Of a DNA stretch of 64,000 nt, positions 14,050 through 26,439 are shown piece after piece. The translations under genes were made by a program, and so were the position numbers. Numbering within the stretch: the first letter of the stretch is position 1; every line of letters starts with the position of its first letter. The stretch comes from Octopus sinensis (Eukaryota): contig NC_042998.1 in NCBI RefSeq assembly GCF_006345805.1, positions 98,518,001 through 98,582,000 on the forward strand. Direction: 5' to 3'. The notes under the pieces are model-generated. The model made no database searches. It saw only the letters and a program-made list of their open reading frames with translations, and was not told the DNA's origin.

Positions 14050-14800
14050 GTTTCCCTTGCACTGTTTTAAACTTGAGAGTAATGCAATTGAGTTTCAACT
14101 CGATCTCTTAAAGATTGTAACCGGCAGGGAGAATGTGGGCAGCAAAAGAATTCCACTGGAATGTATTTTTGGCAAGAAAGGACTGAGCATGTGTTTACTA
14201 AGAATGAATACACCGGTCCCTCTTATAACTGCTCTGCTTCAGATGGGTGACAGCAGGGATGGTGTGAAGATTATTATAGAAAAAAAAATTAGAAAGGTCA
14301 TAGCACATCGGGACTGTTTGATAGGTTATTGTACACCTCTGCAACCAGGGAAGGTTTAGATGAACTCCACTACATCTCCATGCAAATATAATTATTAGCT
14401 CACATGTATTTCAATTTTGTGATTTTTGAAAATTGGCTAATGATAGACCAAATTTTAACATTGATAATCTTCTTCCAGTTAAAATCCTGGCAATGTCCAT
14501 GAAGTATATTGATGAGAAAAGATTTCCTTATAAGGTTTTTTGAATGGGTTCCCAAATATTATTGTACTTAACAATTGCATTATCCCAAATATGTGTATAG
14601 GAGACAATACTTGGTGTGTACTTGCACAGTGTAAGGATCAGAACCATAACAACTTATACTGGAGCAACATAAGCAGTAGTTCTTTGCCTCAGCAAACTGG
14701 AATGCAATTTTTGCTGATCTCAAGCTGACAATTTTGGTTAATATATATTCAAGTATAACTTAGAGAAGCAATGAATCTGGGAGTCAACCACTTCAGTTAC
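14050..14800 (-). mobile_element. Highly decayed Jockey/CR1-group LINE 3' region
   Basis: Remnants resembling HIW...IQK and SFLP...WNS(F/L) RT C-terminal motifs across frameshifts. Confidence 0.45.
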
Positions 14801-14995
14801 CATTGCTCTTGTTCATTGTGTTGTGCCTTCACAACACCCTAGGCCAGACTTTCTGAATGTTATATATAAGTGAAGAAAACTGGGACATTCCAGAAAATAA
14901 TGATATTCAAGAACATATTGTGAAATAAAAAATAAACAAAAGATAAATATTTACTACATATTGCATCAATAATAATTGGGATCAAATAATTTTAC

Positions 14996-15084
14996 CTTGA
15001 ACTGAATGAATGGTTGAAGCAGGAGGAATACTGAGGGCCGATATGTGACAATAAAGTCTAGAAATTTCCAAAGGGAAAGGGATC
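14996..15084 (-). CDS. UNC80: UNC80 exon (GSLSLWKFLDFIVTYRPSVFLLLQPFIQFK)
   Basis: 89 nt, ttgcag / AAG|GTAAAA, phase 1 to 0; LWxFLDFIV motif. Confidence 0.95.
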
Positions 15085-15259
15085 CTGCAAAAAGAAAGAA
15101 AAAAAAATATTACAATATATAAATATATTATATTACAAAATATGTTGTAATACATGCTATAATATATAAAGATATACTATATATATATATTTATTTGGAA
15201 GGACCCATTTTAAACTCTGTTGGACTTTTAGACTTTACTCATAGGATATTGGAATATTG

Positions 15260-15515
15260 CATATATACCATTATGCCTAAAAAATGGATTTACAACTTCA
15301 ATATCCATGCATATCTTGTATCTATTTTCTTTCCTCCACCTCACTCTCTATTTTGTATCACATCTAAACTATGACTTAACCATCCTCTCACACCATCTCC
15401 GATGAAGGGATATAATTAATAAATATCTTAGAAACAGCTGTAAGATCTATCTATAAATGCTCTAATATCTACACAGCCTTGTTTCTTTATCTTATTAAGC
15501 AAAAAATTCTTATAT
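15260..15515 (+). repeat. Single-arm copy of the 24666-25432 family
   Basis: Aligns by eye with 25180-25432, including the hammerhead-like motif at 15396-15445 and the AAAAATTCTTATATA end. Confidence 0.85.
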
Positions 15516-15558
15516 ATATATATAATCATTATTTAAAGGTCACAATATCTGTATTAAA

Positions 15559-15611
15559 GTACTACTAATAGTTTCATATGTTGAGAGAACTCAAACATAT
15601 TCTTCAGGCAC
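15559..15611 (-). ncRNA. Minimal type I hammerhead ribozyme motif (Penelope-type)
   Basis: GUGC-CUGAAGA-[AUAUGUUUGAG UUCU CUCAACAUAU]-GAAAC-UAUUA-GUA-GUAC: intact core, 10-bp stem II with one bulge, 4-bp stem I, GUA cleavage triplet. Confidence 0.65.
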
Positions 15612-16033
15612 AAACCACATATAATGAAATAAAAAAAAACATGAAACTACTAGTAGCACTTTAATACATGTATTGGGACCTTTAAATAATAATATTTATC
15701 TCTCATCATATGGAGTACATTTTTGTTGAATTTTCAATCATGGTTCAGTACATTATATATCAGAAAAAGAAGCAAGAATAGAGCAGTTAGTATTAAAACA
15801 GTGAGGGAAATGGAAGCAGTATTCAAGAAGATGGTATTCCTCTACTTTTCAACTTATGGAAGTATGTGTGTGTATGCGTCTAATACCTTCTTAAAGCTGA
15901 GCCCCAAGAACCTTAGCATACTCCTAGTTCCTAAAACCAATTTCCATCACTGAATGTAACAAATGAATATGTTTGTATATATTATAATATATATATAGAT
16001 ATGCTAAAATGAATAATAATAATAATAATAATA

Positions 16034-16074
<41 letters not shown>

Positions 16075-16075
<1 letters not shown>

Positions 16076-16770
16076 GTGGAGTATAAATTAAGACAGTGGA
16101 GTATAAATTAAGACATGACAGAGTTGGCCAATATCTCCACTGGCTAATAAGTCGGCATTACAATATCAAAACTGCCGACAAGTGGTATAATCACCACCCT
16201 GAGGCTGTAACTGAAGGAGAAAATGTAACCATTCTGTGGGACTTTCCAGTACATACAGACCGAACCATCAAGGCCAATAAACCAGATATTGTTGTGAAAG
16301 ACCAAAACAATAAAGTTTGCTTATTGATCGACATGAGCATCCCCTGTGATCATAATATCTCAGCGAAAGAGTTTGACAAGCTCAGAAAATATAAAGACCT
16401 ACTCATTGAAATTGAGAAAATGTGGCATCTCAAGGCGGTTACAATACCAGTGATCGTAGGAGCACTAGGAATGATCAAGAAGGGAACTGAAAATTATATG
16501 AGAATGATCCCTGGCTTACCATCCCTGTAAGAAGTGCAAAAGATTGTCTTAACTGGTACATCACACGTATTGAGAAGAGCATTGTCGATGTGAGAACTGT
16601 TGCTGCTCATGTATTTTAATTTAACTTAAAAAAAAAAAAAAAAAATGAACGAACTACTGAGTTTGGTTTAATGGCCTACCAATATACACTATGAGTTTCT
16701 TTGCCCTAGGAGTCGGGAAGACACTCGGCAAGAAATGGAAGAAAATTTGAAAGAAGAAAAAAAAAAAGTA
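16075..16770 (+). mobile_element. R4/Dong-type non-LTR retrotransposon 3' fragment (restriction-like endonuclease) in an (AAT)n tract
   Basis: YKLRHDRV, ILWDFPVHTD, KPDIVV, IDMSIP, KLRKYKDL, PVIVGALG motifs; one internal TAA; (AAT)n on both sides. Confidence 0.88.
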
Positions 16771-16969
16771 ATAATAATAATAATAATAATATCGAAACCT
16801 TACCCCCCAAAAAAACCTTAGGAATGAGAACCCACGTTCAAAAGTTCCCCCAAGACACCTGATGAAGGCTGGAGAGTATATCAGCCAAAACGTGTTAACA
16901 ACAAGATGAGGACAAATATGTCAAATGTAAATAATGTACATAATTCCTCATCTCTTAAATATCGAACTG
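16770..16969 (+). repeat. Headless copy of the same hammerhead-containing element
   Basis: CCTTAGGAATGAGAACC..ACACCTGATGAAGGCTG..CAGCCAAAAC..CAAGATGAGGAC..CATCTCTTAAATATCGAAC shared with 42761-43310. Confidence 0.82.
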
Positions 16970-16994
16970 TATTATTATTATTATTATTATCAGT

Positions 16995-17029
<35 letters not shown>

Positions 17030-17044
17030 TAATAATAATAATAA

Positions 17045-17084
<40 letters not shown>

Positions 17085-17199
17085 GTAATAAGTTTTGTTA
17101 CTATTATAATTGTTGTTGTTATTGTTATCATTATCAATATTTCCATTTTACTTCTCAGAGCTCTCAATTTTACTTACTCTATGTTAATTCTGTAAAAGT

Positions 17200-17570
17200 A
17201 GATAGCAACCTGTTGTTGAAAGTCTCACAGGGTTTCTTCCCATAATGCTTAACATCCAAAAACCAATCTCAGATCCTTACTGTGCCTAATAATGCAGTTT
17301 TATGTGCATGTTCTACCCTCATGTCAATTCCAATTTCTTCAACATGTTTCTCAAACCTGGTTGTTAGAGTTCCCAGTGCCCCTATAACTACCGAGATGAC
17401 AGTTACTCTCATCATGGTCCACATTTGTGCAATTTCATTGTTTAGTAGATTATATTTTTCAATTTTCCCAGCTGTCACCCATTCGTGCATCTCCAGCTAT
17501 GACAATATCTATTATTTTGGATTCCTTCTTCCTTTTATTCACTATAACAATATCTGATCTCTGAGAATCA
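17200..17570 (-). mobile_element. Degenerate R4/Dong-type endonuclease fragment
   Basis: KIEKYNLL..EIAQMW..VVIGALG..KTALLGTVRI. Confidence 0.78.
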
Positions 17571-17679
17571 ATCACTGAATAGCATCAGATTACTCATTAT
17601 TATCATTGACACCTGGTTTATTACTGTTATTCCAAAAGTATTTATATGATAATTTAATTAGCAGGAGTGTTATTTTGGG

Positions 17680-18410
17680 GGTTGGTGATAACAAGTCTCC
17701 TCAAATCTCAAGAATCTTTCTTAGGATTCTTGCAAAATACAGGATGCCACTTTTCTGCAGGTTAGCAGTGCAAGTCTCAATTCCAATCTGTCAGTCTCTT
17801 AGGTAGCAGTTTGGGTGTTGTGCCAAGTACTCCAATTACAACAGAAATTTGTTTTTGTCTTCACAATCTCTTCAGCTCTCTGGCTAGTTCCTGATATTTC
17901 TTGACTTTTTCCATTTCTTTGGCATCCACTCTGTTATTATATGATACTGCAAAGTTTATGGTCTTACACTGTTTGTTTATTTTGTTCTCTGTAATCATAT
18001 TTGGTCTTCTAGTATGATCAATCTTTATGGGAAGTCTTATACAATCCTATAATCCTTGTTGTCTGTCACAGTTCATATTCATACCGCTTGTTATTTTGAA
18101 GTCACACACTCACCATACATTCAAAGCACTCTTATACCTACACAGTTATGCTTGTGCTTATACTCTTTTTGTGCTAGCTTACTACATTCACTCAAGAAAT
18201 GATTTATACTTTCGTCTCTTTTCCTGCAGATTCAATATTTTCTCTTTGAATTTTGTCAATTTTTGCCTTTATCAGATTCATCTAAGTGGCCTGTTCCTGA
18301 GTAGTTATAATCAGTGCTTCAGACTGTTTTAGTTTTCTATTTGTCAACCAGAGCCAATGTTCTTTACTTGCAACATTCTTGGTTTGTTGCATGAATTAGC
18401 CACGTAATTC
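17680..18410 (-). mobile_element. Second degenerate R4/Dong-type endonuclease fragment
   Basis: Minus-strand remnants RRPNMI, FAVSYNNRVDAKEMEKVKKYQELARELKRL, VVIGVLGT with stops and frameshifts. Confidence 0.72.
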
Positions 18411-18464
18411 CTTTTCTTTTGATATGCTTCCTTCTGTTCTTGAAGAAGAAGAACAACAGCAGCA

Positions 18465-19110
18465 GTTATTCAAAACCCAAACACATGGTTATGATGCTCA
18501 ACACATGGCTATGGTGCTCCCCCACTACTTCTGCTTATGATAAGAGATGCACATATCATCAACCACTAAGGGACATGCTCAACTGGTTACGGTCAAACAA
18601 CTGACAAGCAAATCTGTGGTATTGAGCAGAATATTTGCGGTAACCCATTTTACATGTACATGATAACACTTCCAATCAGTAAAGATTAGAAGTTATGAGA
18701 GCCATTGCCTGGTATTGCATCAGGGCATTTATTATTATTATTATATTATTATTATTATTATTATTATCATCATCATCATCATTATTATTGAATGAGAGAG
18801 CAATGCATGCCATCAAAGTGACACTGAGGTAAAATATATGAAGCCCAGTTAGAATTTTCATCAGGTCGAGTAGCCCATCAACTCAAAAGGTCCCCGGATA
18901 AGGATGTTGAATGAAACTCATGTTTCCAGAATTGAATTATTCAAACCCCAAAGAATTCCTCTCAACACATGGCTATGATGTCCCCCCACTACTTCTGCTT
19001 GTGATCAGAGATGCTTGTGATCATCAGCCACCAAGGGACATGCTCAACTGGTTATGGTCAAACAGCTGACAAGTAAACGTGTGGTATTGAGAAGAATATT
19101 TGCTGTAGCC
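18465..19110. repeat. Two copies of a fourth interspersed repeat
   Basis: CTCAACACATGGCTATG..CCCCCACTACTTCTGC..GGGACATGCTCAACTGGTTA repeated at about 18498 and 18961; inverted copy at 52820-52970. Confidence 0.8.
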
Positions 19111-19800
19111 TATTTTTTATATCATATTATTAATGCGTTGATACTCTTTCATGCTCTGAATTCAAATCATACTGAAGCCAATTTTATCCTTCATTTATCT
19201 GGGGTTGATAAATTAAGTACTAGTCAAGTACTAATGTCACATTATTGACTAAGCCTACCTCATAATTTCTGGCTTGTATCTATGTTAGAAATAATTATTA
19301 TTTAATAGGTTCAAGTTGCTAAGTCAGATCGATTCAATGAACCACACCTCTTTCTTTTTACAATGATTGGTTTTTTGCCCAGATAATACAGTTGTCATGG
19401 ATGCTTTAAAGATGTATGTTAATATATATGCATGTGCATGTATGAGTATATATTATACTGTGTGTGTAATTATACATGCAGGTGTAAGTGAGTGAATGAG
19501 TGAGTATATATTATATATTGTTGTTGTTGTCATTGTCATCATCATTTTAATATTCACTTTTCTATACTTGTATAGGGAAGATTTTTCTATAGTCAGATTT
19601 AGAAAAATCTACCCCAACTTCATGCTAAATGTAACTGTTTCTAAAGCAAAGTATTATTTCCTCTAGTCTTTTGAAGAACAGCTCAATGGCTGGATATATG
19701 TTCATGAGAGAATGTAAAACACATGACAGCTTGCATGAATGGTGACTTTGTTTTCAATCAGCATGCAAATGTCAAGACAAGGAGAACACATAAAATTACC

Positions 19801-19850
<50 letters not shown>

Positions 19851-19886
19851 CTCTCTCTCTCTCTTCTATCTATCTATCTATATATA

Positions 19887-19921
<35 letters not shown>

Positions 19922-19934
19922 CCATGTTGGTATG

Positions 19935-20892
19935 AATTCATGCTACATGGCAGTGAAACATGGGCTGTGACTGCTGAGGATATGCGTAAGCTCACAAGAT
20001 ATGAAGCCAGTATGCTCCGTTGGATGTGTAATGTCAGTGTTCATACCCGACAGAGTGTAAGTGCCTTGAGAGAAAAGTTGGACCTAAGAAGCATCAGATG
20101 TGGTGTGCAAGAGAGGCGTCTACGCTGGTATGGACATGTAGTAAGAATGGATGAAGATAGTTGTGTGAAAAAGTGCCACACCCTAGCGGTTGAGGGAACC
20201 TGTGGAAGAGGTAGACCCAGGAAAACCTGGGACGAGGTGGTGAAGAACGACCTTCGCTCTTTAGGTCTCACTAAGGAAATGACCAGAGACCGAGACCTTT
20301 GGAAGTATACTGTGCGCGAGAAGACCTGGCAAGACAAGTGAGGCCATAACCCATGGCCCCTACCTGGGATGTAGTCAGTCCACCTGTGCATACCTTCCTT
20401 CTTGGGACACATAACTCTACTTGTGAAGACCTGTTGAGGCAAGTGAAAATCAAAAATCAAATAATCAAATCAAAATCGATGAACATCAATGGAATTTGTA
20501 GTTTTGTGGTACCAGTGCTGGTGGCACATAAGAAAACCATCCGAACGTGGCCGTAGCCAGTACCGCATCGACTGGCCTCCGTGCTGGTGGCACGTAACAA
20601 ACACCATCCGATCGTGGCCGTGCCAGCCTCACCTGGCCTCCGTACCGGTGGCACGTAAAAAACACCATCCGAGCGTGGCTGTTCACCAGCCTCGTCTGGC
20701 ACCTGTGTCGGTGGCACATAAAAAGCACCCATTACACTCATGGAGTGGTTGGCGTTAGGAAGGGCATCCAGCTGTAGAAACACTGCCAGATCTGACTGGC
20801 CTGGTGCAGCCTTCGGGCTTCCCAGACCCCAGTTGAACCGTCCATCCCATGCTAGCATGGAAAGCGGACGTTAAACGATGATGATGATGATG
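19935..20892 (+). mobile_element. RTE LINE 3' fragment, same family as 31343-34467
   Basis: MLHGSETWAVTAEDMRKL...GRGRPRKTWDEVV, same 3' UTR repeats and (GAT)n tail. Confidence 0.92.
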
Positions 20893-22462
20893 ATACACCA
20901 TGTTGGTATGAGTTGGATGGTTTGACAGAAGTTGGTGAGTCAGAGGAACATACATGCCATGTACTACTATCTGCTTTGACGTGATTGTTATGCCAACCAC
21001 TTTACAAAGTGTACTAGGAACTTTTTTATGTGGCATTGGCATCAGTGAGGTCACCAGGTAACTCACAAGACAAGCCTGTTCAACAGGTGTCAAGAACTCA
21101 GGGAGGAGACCTCGTGCCACGTGATACCTGTTGCATTAAAAATGCTACACATTAACATTATTTTAGAATATGTTAAAGTATGCACAGACTATAGAAAGCT
21201 TGATTAGAAACATTAATGTATATACTGTCATTCTCCATTAGTTCCAATTTAGATACTGCCTTCAATTCCCTCAAGGTTCTTTAGTATTGCTATTGTTGTT
21301 TCTTGCTGTTTAAATCCAGGTCAGCTCTAACTGGCCAGAAGTATGATCAAAGGCACTTCAACCACAACAGAACCATTTGGTTGCTATTTCTAGCAGGTGG
21401 GCAACCACATAGAGGCCCTCTATTGGTTTCAAATTTTGGCATAAGGCCAGCAACATCGGAAGAGGGGTTTAAGTTGATTACATTGATTCCAGTGCTCAAC
21501 CAGTACTTTTTTTATTGATCCCAAAAGGATGAAAGGCAAAAGTCAACCTTGGTGGCATTTGAACTCAAAGATGGATGAAATGTCACTAAATATCTTGCCT
21601 GATGTGCTAAAGATTTGGCCACTTCATTGCCCTATAGAGGCCCTTTACTGATATGTATTAAACACTAATTAATATATGGAAGCAGATTGGAACTCTGTTA
21701 TCAAAAAGCTTTGTGGAGGAAAGTGAAAAAAAAACAGAAAAGGGAAATGGAAAAGCAAATCAATTATGCATAGGCTTTTTTCTATTTTGAGAAAATAATG
21801 ATTTTTTTAAAGAGGGAGGAGAAACTCAGTTGCCTGTGATTTGTGTTTTTCTCAAGGACATTATCAACATAAAATAAAGCTAATGTCTACAAGTAGGAAC
21901 TGAAACCAGGTTGCAGACTCAGCCTGTTGGGCATTTTTACATAATTTAGTTTAATGTAGTTGAATGTTACTATTGTAATCATAATATACAAAAGAGTAAT
22001 GGATAAGTAATGATTATGCAGGAAATGTTTATCACTGCCTCTTCCAGATGAGCACAAAGCCTTGTGATTTCTAGTGGTAAGAGTAAATTAATGAAAGTTG
22101 TATTCGTCATGTAATCATTTCATAAGTGTCAGCAGTGTATGTGAAATGAAATAGCTTTAAATAAGAATTGATGCTGCATAGTAAACTAGTTCATTGTGAG
22201 GTCAGTTCTTATATCCAAACCACTTGATACTGGAGAGCTTACTCTATCTCCCTAATATTACAACAATATTATAACAAAAACAAAATCTAAATGTACACAA
22301 AAGTTAGGTCATGAGTCAAAAATTATAATAAAGATGCAGAAGGTGTGAAGGTAAAAGCTACTGACTCAGATATAATATAGCTATTTGCACTGTTGTTGTT
22401 TGGTCCCAAGTCAACCTTAATCAAGCAGACATGATCAAATACATTCCAACCATGTCCATCTC

Positions 22463-22522
<60 letters not shown>

Positions 22523-23261
22523 AATAAAACTATGTTGTTCAAAGTATCCTCTCATTTTTAAGATTGTTGGATATGATTTGAAGGAGATTTGACTGCTGTT
22601 TCTTGCAGGATGAGCTACATCAAAGAGACTTTCTTAACTCAACTATCATTATGTTAAACTCATTAGAAAGGGAAAGTGTTAGTTTTGATTCATTCTATAA
22701 AGAGTATTATATAGAATTGGTAGTAATGGGTACAATAATGGGTACTACTTATTATTTTATAAGTGATAATCATTGTAGGATAATCATGCATGTTTCAAGT
22801 TTTACTTATCTCAATCATTAACTATGGCCATGCTGGGGCAACACCATTAAGAATTTTAATTGAACAAATTAACCCTAGTACTTATGTTCTATTTTTAAAG
22901 CCTGATACTTATTCTATCAGTTTCTTTTGCCAAACCATTACGATATGGAGATGTAAACACTCTAACACCAGTTGTGAAGCAGTGGTGAGGGACAAACACA
23001 CACACACACACACACATTTATATTTTGATTTCCAATTTTGGCACAAAACCAGCAATTTGGGGAAAGGAGTTAGGTCAATTACATCAACTCTAGTGCTCAA
23101 CTGGTTGTTATTTTATTGATCCCAAGAGGATGAAAGGCAAAGATTGATCTTGGGGAAATTTGAACTCGGAACATAAAGATTGATGAAATGACACTAAACT
23201 TTTTGCCTGGCATACTAACAATTCTGTCAGCTTGCCACCCTAATATATATATATATATATA

Positions 23262-24452
23262 TCATCATCACCATCATCATCGTTTAACGTCCATTTTCCA
23301 TGCTAGCATGGGTTGGATAGTTCAACCAGGGTCTGGAAACCCAGGAGGCTGCACCAGGCTCCAGTCTGATCTGGCAGTGTTTCTACAGCTTGATGCCCTT
23401 CCTAACGCCAACCACTCTGTGAATGTAGTGGGTGCTTTTTATGTGCCACCAGCACAGGGGCCAGAGGAGGCTAGCAACAGCCATGATCGGTTGGTGCTTT
23501 TTACGTGCCACCGGCACAGAAGCCAGCCAGGGCGACACTGGCATTGGCCACGTTTGGATGGTGCTTTTTACATGCCACCAGCATGGGTATCACAACTACA
23601 ATCCTATTTGATTTTTATTTTGATGTTCATGTATTTGACTCAATAGGTCTTCTCAAGCACAGCAGATCACCCCACGATCCAGGGTAAGCACTGCAGATCG
23701 TCCTGCGATCCAAGGTGCTTTGAATGAGCCAGGGGGCTGGTTGTGTGAAGCTGTTGTAGTATACTGCCATGAACTCACTTTATTTGTCAGGTCACAGTCA
23801 CAGTCACAGCATATCTTCAGAGGTCTCGGTCTTTTGTCATTGCCTCTGTGAGACCCAACATTCGAAGGTTATGCTTGACCACCTCATCCCATGTCTTCCT
23901 GGGTCTACCTCTACCCTGTATTCCTTCAACTGTTTGGGAGTGGCGCTTCTTCACACATCTCTCCTCTTCTATCCATAGTACATGACCATACCAGCGCAAA
24001 CATCTCTCTTGCATGCCACATCCAATGCTTCTTATATCCAACATTTCTCTCAGGGCGTTTATACTCTGTTGTGTGTGCACACTGACATTACACATCCAGC
24101 GGATCACGCTAGCTTCATTTCTTTCGAGCCTACGCATGTCCTCTGCAGTCACAGCCCATTTTTTACTGCTGTGAAGCATAGCAGTTCACACACATGCGTC
24201 GTACAAGCTACCTTTCACTCTGAGTGAGAAACCCCTTTGTCACCAGTACGGGTAGAAGCTTTCTAAACTTTGCCTAGACTATTCTTATTCTAGTAGTAAC
24301 ACTCTCTGAGCATCCACCCCCACTACTAACTTGGTCACCTAGGTAGCGGAAGCTTTCAACTACTTCTAGTTTCTCCTCCTGGAGTGTGATGGAATGTTTT
24401 CTGAGTGTCCGTGGTGTCTATTGCCCCTGTGCATCTGCCGCACACGAGAGCT
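23262..24452 (-). mobile_element. RTE LINE 3' fragment, related subfamily
   Basis: KLEVVESFRYLGDQVSSGGG...WAVTAEDMRRLERNEAS...GRPRKTWDEVVKH, shared tail. Confidence 0.9.
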
Positions 24453-24613
24453 ATATGTATATATATATATATATATATATGGCTTTAAGGTCTGAAGAAA
24501 TGCTGTAAAGCTAAATGCTTTATGAATGTGAAACCCTGGTTAACCCCATAAATCGGCCATTTCTGCCTGCCTGCATGCCTGCCTGCATGCCTGCCTGCCT
24601 ACCTACATAACTA

Positions 24614-24663
<50 letters not shown>

Positions 24664-24665
24664 AT

Positions 24666-25432
24666 ATAAGAATTTTTTGCGTAATATGATAAAAAAAACC
24701 AAGGCTATGTAGATATTAGAACATTTATAGATAGAAGGTCTTACAGCTGTTTCCAGGATATTTATCAATTATATCCCTTCATCGGAGATGGTGTGAGGGG
24801 ATGGTTAAGTAATAATTCATTTAGATAGGATACAAAATAGAGAGTGAGTTGGAGGAAAGAAAATAGATGTGAGATATGTAGGGATACTGAATTTGTAGAT
24901 TCATTTTATAGGCAGAAGGTATATATGTAAGATTCCAATACCTTATGAGAAAAATCCAACAGTATTTACAATTGTTCATTCCAAGTATAAAGTTTCTACA
25001 CAATGTAAGATTCCAATACCTTATGAGTAAGATCCAACGGTATTTATAACTGGTCATTCCAAGTACAGAATTTATACAGTGTTGTAGAGTCAAAGGTTTT
25101 TATTCAAATAAAAACCTTTGACTCTACAACACTGTGTATAAATTTTTGTCATAAAGTATCGGAATCTTACATATATACCATTCTGCCTAAAAAATGGATC
25201 TACAAATTCAATATCCCTACATATCTTACATCTATTTTCTTTCCTCCACCTCATTCTTTATTTTGTATCCTATCTAAATTAATTATTACTTAACCATCCT
25301 CTCACGCTGTCTCCAATGAAGGGATATAATTAATAAATATCCTGGAAACAGCTGTAAGACCTTCTATCTATAAATGTTCTAATATCTACACAGCCTTGGT
25401 TTTTTTATCTCATTACACAAAAAATTCTTATA
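24666..25432. mobile_element. Fold-back (tails-out) Penelope-like non-autonomous element with hammerhead-like motifs in both arms
   Basis: About 290-bp imperfect inverted arms, perfect central 29-bp palindrome, (TA)n flank; motif TCT-CCGATGA-stem-GAAAC-AGCT-GTA-AGA. Confidence 0.75.
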
Positions 25433-25946
25433 TACACACGCTGACATATGACCAACGTTGAACCTCTTATTTGCAAAATCACCAAACCTGGAACTTAACT
25501 ATGGTCTGTCTATAGCACTTATTCAGCATTACCTGATACTTTTGGGTCTCAATGACACCATTACCTCTTATAACCTAAATACACACACACACACACACAC
25601 ACTTATGGACACATGACAGGCTTCTTTCAAATATTTACCAAATTCATTCACAAGGCTTAGGTTGGTCAGTGGCTATAGCAGACAACTCTTGCCCAAGGTG
25701 CCATGCAGTGGGACTGAACCCAAAACCTTATGGTTGGGAAGCAAACTTCTTATCATATGGTCACACCTTGAATTAAAAGAATTGCAATTTGCCTCAACAA
25801 TATGATAAAACCTAAAATTTTAAAGATCCATCATATCTATTGTGAGTAGAGAAAAACATGAAATATAAAAACTAAATGAAAATGCTCAATATAGTAATAG
25901 AAGTGAGGGTTATTTAAAATGTTGATGATGGATAAGTTCAACTTAC

Positions 25947-26042
25947 CTCTAGTTTTAGTGCTGATGTCCATAACATATTTCGCCACATGATGCCATTCTG
26001 CTGCTAAAGTATTGTCAAAACAAACCATCAAGACCTGTAAAC
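25947..26042 (-). CDS. UNC80: UNC80 exon (GLQVLMVCFDNTLAAEWHHVAKYVMDISTKTR)
   Basis: 96 nt, cattag / GAG|GTAAGT, phase 1 to 1. Confidence 0.94.
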
Positions 26043-26439
26043 CTAATGGATACAAAATTGGAAGAATAAAAATTTTTTTTTTTAAATGTAAATACTTAAA
26101 GCAATTGAGAGATTTCTTTAAAAAAACAACAACATTTATATTGTGTGTGAACGAGTGTGCTTGAATAAAGATATCAAATTAAGCAGGAAAAAAACCTACT
26201 TTTGTAGCAAATAAATTTAAATCATGTTAATCGAATGAAGTTGTTTTTATTGGATGGATCCCAATTGCCATAACTGTGAACCTAATTGGCAACTGCATTA
26301 AGAGCAAGAACATAAAATGCTTCACTGCATAAAATTACATCTAGCTACCAGAAACTTTACTATTTCTGTGGAGCTTTTGGGGTTTTTGAAAGATAATATT
26401 TTGCCTAAACATATAACTATCTGACTAATCTGAGAGAAC

